From TPA_inf: Saccharomyces (lineage: Eukaryota), in contig BK006936.2 of assembly GCA_000146045.2 (NCBI GenBank), positions 576,001-640,000 of the forward strand: 64,000 nucleotides of DNA, read 5' to 3'. This document shows positions 57,382 through 64,000 of this stretch, in pieces (the first letter of the stretch is position 1; every line of letters starts with the position of its first letter). A program made the translations under genes and the position numbers. A model generated the notes under the pieces. That model ran no database searches. It was not told the DNA's origin and saw only the letters and a list, made by a program, of their open reading frames with translations.

Positions 57382-57621
57382 TACCAAGAGAAAAAGTTCT
57401 CGGTTTAAGGCTTTCTTCTAACGTTGAGTTACGATCCAAATGCGACTGTACCATCTTGGTAGTTCTTTATTAATGAACCCTTTAAAATTGCCGGGTTAAA
57501 AGAATGGCGCGTCCTCTTGAAACTTTTCGAAGAAAACAACGTAACTGATGGTTAAAATTTGCATAAAGAAGGTCAGGCCTCGTCTGCGGACAACAACACT
57601 ATCAATATCCAGCGTGCAATT

Positions 57622-58836
57622 ATGTCTGTGCACCACAAAAAGAAGCTAATGCCCAAATCGGCATTGCTGATTAGAAAATACCAAAAGGGAATCAGATCAT
57701 CATTCATTGGGCTCATCATAGTGTTATCCTTTTTATTTTTCATGAGTGGCTCAAGGTCCCCAGAGGTACCAATAGCTCAGGGCACCAGTGTCAGTCGTGT
57801 AGCCAGTAAGGATTATTTGATGCCGTTTACTGACAAGTCACAAGGAGTAATCCATCCCGTGGACGATGGAAAGAAGGAAAAGGGTGTTATGGTCACATTG
57901 GCCAGGAATTCAGATTTATGGAACTTGGTAAAATCTATTAGACATGTTGAAGACAGGTTCAATAACAGATATCACTACGATTGGGTGTTCTTGAATGACC
58001 AACCATTTAGTGATGAGTTTAAACGTGTTACCAGTGCATTGGTTTCAGGCAAGGCAAAATATGGGACAATCCCAAAGGACCATTGGTCCATTCCATCTTG
58101 GATCGATACTGAAAAATTCGATGAGAAAAGGCTTGCAATGGGAAAATTGGATATTCCATATGGTAGTTCCGTGCCTTACCGTCACATGTGCCGTTTCCAG
58201 TCAGGGTTCATATGGAGACACCCACTACTGGAGGAGTACGAATGGTTTTGGAGAGTGGATACCGATATCACTTTATTCTGTGATATTCAGTATGACATAT
58301 TCAAGTTTTTAAAAGTAAATAACAAGAAATATGGATTCATTCTTTCGGTAAGTGAATATGAGCGCACAATCCCAACCTTGTGGGAAACGACAAAGAAATT
58401 CATCAAGAAAAATCCTAAATTCTTACACAAAAATAACCTCATGAAATTCATTTCGAATGATGATGGTGACACTTATAATATGTGTCATTTCTGGACCAAC
58501 TTCGAAATCGGCTCTTTAGACTTCTTCAGGTCCGATGCATACAGAGAATACTTTGATTACTTAGACAGTTCTGGTGGATTCTTCTACGAAAGATGGGGGG
58601 ATGCGCCAGTGCACTCCATCGCTGCCTCTTTGTTCTTGGACAAGTCAGAAATCCATTTCTTTGACGGTCTTGGATTCCATCATCCAGATTTCACCTCTTG
58701 TCCTATCGAACAGAAGATTAGACTACAAAACAAGTGTATCTGCGAACCTAGCAAGGACGTCACCTGGACTCCTGACTACTTCTGTACTAGAAAGTACTTT
58801 TCAGCAGGAAATTACAAGCTTCCACCAGGAATTTAA
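57622..58836 (+). CDS. KTR3: Ktr3, Golgi alpha-1,2-mannosyltransferase (KRE2/MNT1, GT15 family), 404 aa
   Basis: ATG at 57622 (MSVHHKKKLMPKSALLIRKY); signal anchor GLIIVLSFLFFM; GT15 motifs YRHMCRFQS and CHFWTNFEIGSLDFFRS...FFYERWGDAPV; 404 aa = YBR205W. The track's 5' extension begins with TTG. Confidence 0.9.
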   Translation: MSVHHKKKLMPKSALLIRKYQKGIRSSFIGLIIVLSFLFFMSGSRSPEVPIAQGTSVSRVASKDYLMPFTDKSQGVIHPVDDGKKEKGVMVTLARNSDLWNLVKSIRHVEDRFNNRYHYDWVFLNDQPFSDEFKRVTSALVSGKAKYGTIPKDHWSIPSWIDTEKFDEKRLAMGKLDIPYGSSVPYRHMCRFQSGFIWRHPLLEEYEWFWRVDTDITLFCDIQYDIFKFLKVNNKKYGFILSVSEYERTIPTLWETTKKFIKKNPKFLHKNNLMKFISNDDGDTYNMCHFWTNFEIGSLDFFRSDAYREYFDYLDSSGGFFYERWGDAPVHSIAASLFLDKSEIHFFDGLGFHHPDFTSCPIEQKIRLQNKCICEPSKDVTWTPDYFCTRKYFSAGNYKLPPGI

Positions 58837-58966
58837 AAACCAAACTACAAATAGCGCCTGCTCCGTCAAAACAGGTGCTAAAACGTCAACATGTATCTAT
58901 CTATATACACATAATTCAATGTAGTAGCCACCTCACTTTATTCTAGTGCCTTCTTGGGTTCAAAAA

Positions 58967-58974
58967 TGGGTGCG
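58967..58974 (-). promoter_or_regulatory. Aft1 iron-responsive element (CGCACCCA in FTH1-upstream region, plus-strand reverse complement)
   Basis: Plus strand TGGGTGCG is the reverse complement of CGCACCCA, a full match to YRCACCCR, ~170 bp upstream of the FTH1 ATG; a second GGTGCGG follows immediately. Confidence 0.4.
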
Positions 58975-59145
58975 GTGCGGCCGGAGATGAAGAGAGAAAA
59001 GCAAAATTGTATCTAAACCAGCCTACAAAAACACAAACTTGATATTATAAAGAATCAAGCATCTTACTGAACTTTTGTCCTCTACAGAAAAGCGAAAAAA
59101 CTCTAAGAATAGAGAACTAGAGTGGTGTTCATATTTCTAGTCACC

Positions 59146-60543
59146 ATGGCGTTTGAGGATTATTTTTCTTTCCAGATATTCTTCATTTTCTTAAGGGAAT
59201 CCTTAGAAATTGTTGTCATTGTTTCTATCCTGTTGACGATCGTCAAACAAGGTCTGTCTGTTGAGGACGACAGCCCGTTTGAAGGAAGTTCCTCTTCTGC
59301 TGGTCTTCCAAGTCCAAATACGAACACAAACGCAGATTCGACCACTGCCTTCTTACAAGCAGGGCCTTCAGACGGTAATGCTATTGGAACGTCCGCTACG
59401 GCTGCTAATAATAAATCGAGGCCGCTAAATGTGGAGGAAGAAGAAGAAATTTACGAGTACTCTAATGAGCTTAGAGACCAGGACCGCGAGTCCGATGAAC
59501 ATACGGCTGACAACGTTAAGCTATATCAGAAATTAAAAATACAAATTCTAGCGGGCGGCGCATTTGGTTTGTTGCTGTGTATGTTAATCGGGGGTGCGTT
59601 TGTTAGTATCTTTTATCATATTGGAACCGACTTATGGACACTGAGTGAACATTATTATGAAGGTGTCTTAAGTCTTGTCGCGTCCGTTATTATTTCTGTC
59701 ATGGGGTTGTTTTTTTTAAGAATGGGGAAGTTAAGAGAGAAGTTCAGAGTGAAATTAGCTTCTATCATTTATTCAAAGGACAATAATTTGCTGGGAAACA
59801 AAACCCAAAAAGGTGTGAAATTCAGTGAAAAGTACTCCTTCTTCATATTACCATTTATAACGACTTTGAGAGAAGGGTTAGAAGCTGTTGTATTCATTGG
59901 AGGTATCGGTATTGACCAACCACTATCCTCGATTCCCCTCTCTATGGTCCTTGCTACTGCAATCAGTACGGTGTTCGGTATTTTTTTCTTCAGGTACTCA
60001 AGTTCTCTTTCACTTAAGATATGCCTTGTAGTCGCCACCTGCTTCCTCTACTTGATCGCGGCTGGTTTGTTTTCCAAAGGTGTATGGCAACTTGAATTGC
60101 AAGACTACGTCAACAAATGTAACGGTCAAGACATGAGTGAAGTAGGAAATGGACCCGGTTCGTACGACATATCTCGTTCTGTTTGGCATGTTAATTGTTG
60201 CAATGGTGAAAAAGATGGAGGTTGGATGATTTTTACTGCCATTTTTGGTTGGACGAATAGTGCTACCGTCGGCTCTGTAATTAGCTACAACGCCTACTGG
60301 TTGGTATTAATATGCGCTTTGAAACTGCTAATGATAGAAGAAAAATACGGATATATCCCATATCTACCTATTAGCTGGCAAAAGAAACGTATTATGAAAA
60401 GATTAAGCATTGCCAAGGCATCGCTCGATCTCAAACATCATACTTCTGAACTCAACTCTAGCACATCAGAGCCAGACAGTCAAAGACGGTCCAAAGATAG
60501 TTCTGTGCCCCTAATAATTGATAGCAGTGGTTCAGCAAATTGA
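59146..60543 (+). CDS. FTH1: Fth1, FTR1-family iron permease (vacuolar, partner of Fet5), 465 aa
   Basis: FTR1-type REGLE motifs (RESLEIVVIVS and REGLEAVVFIGGIG); ATG at 59146 (MAFEDYFSFQIFFIF) gives 465 aa = YBR207W; the track's start at 59122 is GTG. Confidence 0.9.
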   Translation: MAFEDYFSFQIFFIFLRESLEIVVIVSILLTIVKQGLSVEDDSPFEGSSSSAGLPSPNTNTNADSTTAFLQAGPSDGNAIGTSATAANNKSRPLNVEEEEEIYEYSNELRDQDRESDEHTADNVKLYQKLKIQILAGGAFGLLLCMLIGGAFVSIFYHIGTDLWTLSEHYYEGVLSLVASVIISVMGLFFLRMGKLREKFRVKLASIIYSKDNNLLGNKTQKGVKFSEKYSFFILPFITTLREGLEAVVFIGGIGIDQPLSSIPLSMVLATAISTVFGIFFFRYSSSLSLKICLVVATCFLYLIAAGLFSKGVWQLELQDYVNKCNGQDMSEVGNGPGSYDISRSVWHVNCCNGEKDGGWMIFTAIFGWTNSATVGSVISYNAYWLVLICALKLLMIEEKYGYIPYLPISWQKKRIMKRLSIAKASLDLKHHTSELNSSTSEPDSQRRSKDSSVPLIIDSSGSAN

Positions 60544-60702
60544 GAACATAACAAACACACGTAATAATTTTAAGCTTCTTTTCATACATTTTACAGTAAA
60601 TACTATGTACATATATATTCGTCATTAAAAATAGCTAGAAAAAGGCATGCTATAAAGACTAAATGAGTGCTCCTTTGATTTTAGATGCCAACAAAAGGTA
60701 AT

Positions 60703-63700
60703 TCATGCCAATGTCTCTATGACGGCCACTATGTCACCAGAATCAACCATATCACCATTGCCATGGCAAATCTTGATAATCTTACCCGATTTAGGAGCGG
60801 ATATAATCATTTCCGCTTTCATGGCTTCAATAATTAGTAGCCCTTGACCTGCTTCAATAACATCTCCAACAGATGCTATGGATTTCCAAAAACGCCCAGA
60901 ATACTCAGAATATACAATTTCTGCACCTTCTGGGAAGTCTTCTTCCTCGTCAGGTTTGACTGTGACACTTTCTTTTAGTTCAGAGTTTGCATTTTGAATC
61001 AATTTGGCAAATTCCTCTGCTCTTTCACCAAGCTGGCCCTCCTGGAATGCTGTGATGGAATCTTTGTTTGCGTTGATCCATCTCAAGTATTCTTGATGAT
61101 CAAAAACACTCTTTTCGATATTGACTTTATAAACACCATTATCACAATCTTCAGTCATTTTATCCAAATCTTCTTCAGAAACTGGGTAAAATTCGACTTG
61201 GTCAAATGGGTTCATCAACCACGGAACCTCAGAAGATGCGGCCAGACATAGTTTGTCCCAAATTGGTATTGTTCTACCCACTAATTGGTACCCACCAGGA
61301 CTGTTAGCAGCATATATGCACATATACATACCGCCAATACCGACTGCACCTCTTTCTGTATATGTTCTACTTGGGTTGTACTTGCTTCCCAAAAATCTGT
61401 GACGAGGATCTAATGGAACAGCACAAGGCGACCCTAGGAAGACATCACCTAAACCTAAAACCATAAATCTGGCAGAATACAACATATCATAAACTTCATT
61501 CCTTGAAATTCCATTTACATTGGCAATGAAATCAACGTTATTTGGCAACCATGGAGCAGACGAACGAATTGTTTCTTGATACCTTTGAACACATGCCAAA
61601 GTCTTCGAGTCTTCGAAAGCCATCGGTAATCTTATTATATTAGAAGTTATCTTCCAATTTTCATCAAACTGGATTTCTGTTTCATATGCCACCAATACTT
61701 TAAGCAATTCTTTTTGAGTGACTTTGTAACCATCAAATTCTATCAATACAGATCTAACACCTTGGGACATTTCAACAATACCAATAGTCTTATTCTTTTT
61801 CACAAGGGAGATCAGGCATTCAATTCTATAGGAAATATTAAAATTCATTTCATTATCACCGTATTCCACCAAAACATAACGATCACCTGCTTGTCTGTAT
61901 ACAACCTTTGGTGAAAGCTCATTCACTTTTTCCATTTGTGCAAGAATAGGCGTTTCGAATGATGGTAAAATTGAAACAGAGTCTAAGCGCCTTAACTTAG
62001 TACCATCCAATGATTTAATTGCAACATCCTGAGATTCCTTTAAGGATCTCGAGCTTTCGTAAGAAAGTGGCACAAACTGAATGGAATCACCGGGTTTAAC
62101 CTGTCCAACCTTCCACAGTTCTGCTTCTGGGACAACAGCTTGACACACAAAACCACCTAAGGAAGGACCATCGCAAGTAATAATAACTGGCTCATCACCC
62201 GTGAAATTAATTGCACCCAGAGAATAAACGTAATCGTGAGTGTTTGAAGGATGCATACCACCTTCACCACCATTACTTCTTGCCCACTTAGGTTTAGGTC
62301 CAATCAAACGGACACCAAATCTATTGGAGTTGTAATGAACCTTCCACTTCTCACTGAAAAATTCTTCGATGGACTCAGGTTTAAAAAAATCTGGAGACCC
62401 ATGGGGACCACATGTTACACCAATTCTCCATTCCTTAGTTTCGGAAATTTGAGGAATTAATGATTGAGGAATATTCTGTGGAAGGCACTCAACTGATTTA
62501 TTTTCTTCATTGCTTGGTAAGAATAGTACGTCTCCAAGTTTTAGCACCCTTCCATTGTATCCACCGACATTTCCTAGAGTGAAAGTAGAATAAGAGCCCA
62601 AGTATTTAGGCACATCAATGCCACCCCTGATACCTAAGTATGCTCTACAGCCGCTTGTCAACTTGCCAATGGATAAAGTAGATCCCCTCTTAACTTCGAC
62701 CGGTTTGTGTTGGGGAATTTCTTGGCCGTCTAATGTACATAGAGCGGTACCACCAGTAATGGCAATGACAGTTTCACAATGGAAAACGATGGATGGACCA
62801 GTCAACGTTACTTCAATGGCAGGAGTCCTGTAGTCATTACCAACAATTCTGTTCGCCAATCTAAACGAATATGCGTCCATTGGACCAGAGGGCGGAACAC
62901 CAATTCTCCAGTACCCAACTCTACCGGGGTAATCCTGAATACTAGTGTGTGCACCGGGCAAAGTAATTTCGATGGCGGTAGGCTCATATTGATAAGAGTT
63001 CAAAATGTTTGTAGAAACTTTTGCTTTAGCAAAGAAATCACTGGTAATGATAGACTTCAGGTAGTCAATGTTAGTAATACATCCGTAAACTTTTGTTTCT
63101 TCTAACGCTTGATTTAACTTGGAAATTGCATCATCACGGTCTTTCCCATGAACGATAATTTTGGCCAATGTTGGATCATATTCGGGAGAAATATTAGTAC
63201 CTTTCTTAACCCAAGTATCCACTCTTGCCCAATCAGGAAATTTCACATCGACAAGTAAACCTGGAGAAGGTCTGAAATTTTTCAATGGATTTTCAGCATA
63301 TAAACGTGCCTCCATTGAAACCCCATTGACTTCTACCTTTGTAGAATCAAAATCAGGTGCATCATTAGCGGCAATCCTGATCATCCACTCGACCAAGTCT
63401 AACCCTGTAACCATTTCTGTTATTGGATGTTCAACTTGTAATCTTGTATTAACTTCTAAAAAGTAAAACTCGTCCTTTTTCTCATCGTAAATAAATTCAA
63501 CCGTACCAGCACACTTGTAATTCAATAAAGATCCCAAACTTTCAGCTGCCTTTCTTAACGCCAACCTCGTCTTTTCTGGCAAATTTGGTGCAGGAGTTTC
63601 TTCGATAACTTTTTGGTTACGACGCTGTAAAGAACAATCACGTTCGCCCAAAGCAATGGCCTTACCAAAACCATCTCCCATAAGTTGGACTTCAACATGC

Positions 63701-64000
63701 CTGGCATTTTCGATAAACCGTTCCAGAAATACACCAGCGTCACCGAAAAATGTTTCACCTTGATGTTTCACAGTCTCAAAAATATGCTCGATGTCCTCTT
63801 CAGAATCGACTTTCTGCAAACCAATACCACCGCCACCAGCAGTTGACTTCACCATAACTGGGTATTCCAATTCCGCTGCGACTTTCTTAGCCTCTTCAAC
63901 TGATGTGATAAGCAAAGAGCCTGGCACTAGAGGAACGCCAGCCTTCTGTGCAATCTGTCTAGCAGAATGTTTTAACCCTAAACCTCTGATAATATCTCCC
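60703..64000 (-). CDS. DUR1,2: Urea amidolyase Dur1,2 (urea carboxylase + allophanate hydrolase), C-terminal ~1100 aa only; the N-terminus lies beyond the window end
   Basis: ATP-grasp biotin-carboxylase, carboxyltransferase and C-terminal biotinyl domain (EAMKAEMIISAPKSGKI) seen. The reading frame is open to position 64000. The M at 63927 in the track is an internal Met, not the start; the full protein is 1835 aa (YBR208C). Confidence 0.9.
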   Translation of the reverse strand, partial: GDIIRGLGLKHSARQIAQKAGVPLVPGSLLITSVEEAKKVAAELEYPVMVKSTAGGGGIGLQKVDSEEDIEHIFETVKHQGETFFGDAGVFLERFIENARHVEVQLMGDGFGKAIALGERDCSLQRRNQKVIEETPAPNLPEKTRLALRKAAESLGSLLNYKCAGTVEFIYDEKKDEFYFLEVNTRLQVEHPITEMVTGLDLVEWMIRIAANDAPDFDSTKVEVNGVSMEARLYAENPLKNFRPSPGLLVDVKFPDWARVDTWVKKGTNISPEYDPTLAKIIVHGKDRDDAISKLNQALEETKVYGCITNIDYLKSIITSDFFAKAKVSTNILNSYQYEPTAIEITLPGAHTSIQDYPGRVGYWRIGVPPSGPMDAYSFRLANRIVGNDYRTPAIEVTLTGPSIVFHCETVIAITGGTALCTLDGQEIPQHKPVEVKRGSTLSIGKLTSGCRAYLGIRGGIDVPKYLGSYSTFTLGNVGGYNGRVLKLGDVLFLPSNEENKSVECLPQNIPQSLIPQISETKEWRIGVTCGPHGSPDFFKPESIEEFFSEKWKVHYNSNRFGVRLIGPKPKWARSNGGEGGMHPSNTHDYVYSLGAINFTGDEPVIITCDGPSLGGFVCQAVVPEAELWKVGQVKPGDSIQFVPLSYESSRSLKESQDVAIKSLDGTKLRRLDSVSILPSFETPILAQMEKVNELSPKVVYRQAGDRYVLVEYGDNEMNFNISYRIECLISLVKKNKTIGIVEMSQGVRSVLIEFDGYKVTQKELLKVLVAYETEIQFDENWKITSNIIRLPMAFEDSKTLACVQRYQETIRSSAPWLPNNVDFIANVNGISRNEVYDMLYSARFMVLGLGDVFLGSPCAVPLDPRHRFLGSKYNPSRTYTERGAVGIGGMYMCIYAANSPGGYQLVGRTIPIWDKLCLAASSEVPWLMNPFDQVEFYPVSEEDLDKMTEDCDNGVYKVNIEKSVFDHQEYLRWINANKDSITAFQEGQLGERAEEFAKLIQNANSELKESVTVKPDEEEDFPEGAEIVYSEYSGRFWKSIASVGDVIEAGQGLLIIEAMKAEMIISAPKSGKIIKICHGNGDMVDSGDIVAVIETLA

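Noticed and set aside
57995-58312. 105-aa + strand ORF inside KTR3 in another frame (possibly the dubious YBR206W)
   Set aside because: Fully inside the KTR3 CDS, and the track's first codon is probably non-ATG.
63925-63927. M at 63927 as the DUR1,2 start
   Set aside because: The frame stays open to the window edge and upstream residues continue the carboxylase sequence. This is an internal Met; the real N-terminus (amidase domain) lies beyond 64000.

Overview
The window reads as a contiguous, gene-dense stretch of Saccharomyces cerevisiae chromosome II (right arm), running from NPL4 to the 3' two-thirds of DUR1,2. I read this directly from the translated ORFs. Every long ORF matches a yeast protein I recognise by N-terminal sequence and exact length. 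I call 37 protein-coding genes, four with spliceosomal introns: RPS6B, RPS9B and RPL21A with 6, 7 and 11 nt first exons, and PCH2 with a 3'-proximal intron. I found no tRNA, no Ty/LTR, no CRISPR, and no prokaryote-style operon or defence island. I cannot support a previously undescribed system here; this looks like an ordinary, densely annotated eukaryotic region. What the ORF list does not explain are promoter elements I can read in the sequence. These are tandem Rap1-like sites upstream of all three ribosomal protein genes, a Rap1/telomere-like C1-3A element with CTTCC boxes upstream of PGI1, an early-cell-cycle-box Mcm1 element upstream of MCM7, PACE-like Rpn4 sites upstream of NPL4 and UMP1, a URS1 upstream of PCH2, an MSE upstream of DTR1 and an Aft1 site upstream of FTH1. 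The least characterised content is YBR184W, which carries a clear internal ~27-aa tandem repeat, and YBR197C. The ORF track evidently allows TTG/GTG/CTG starts: for example, the first codon of the 15712..16416 ORF is TTG. I therefore re-anchored several 5' ends to the first ATG that reproduces the known protein length. DUR1,2 is truncated by the window edge. Coordinates include stop codons, following the ORF-track convention.
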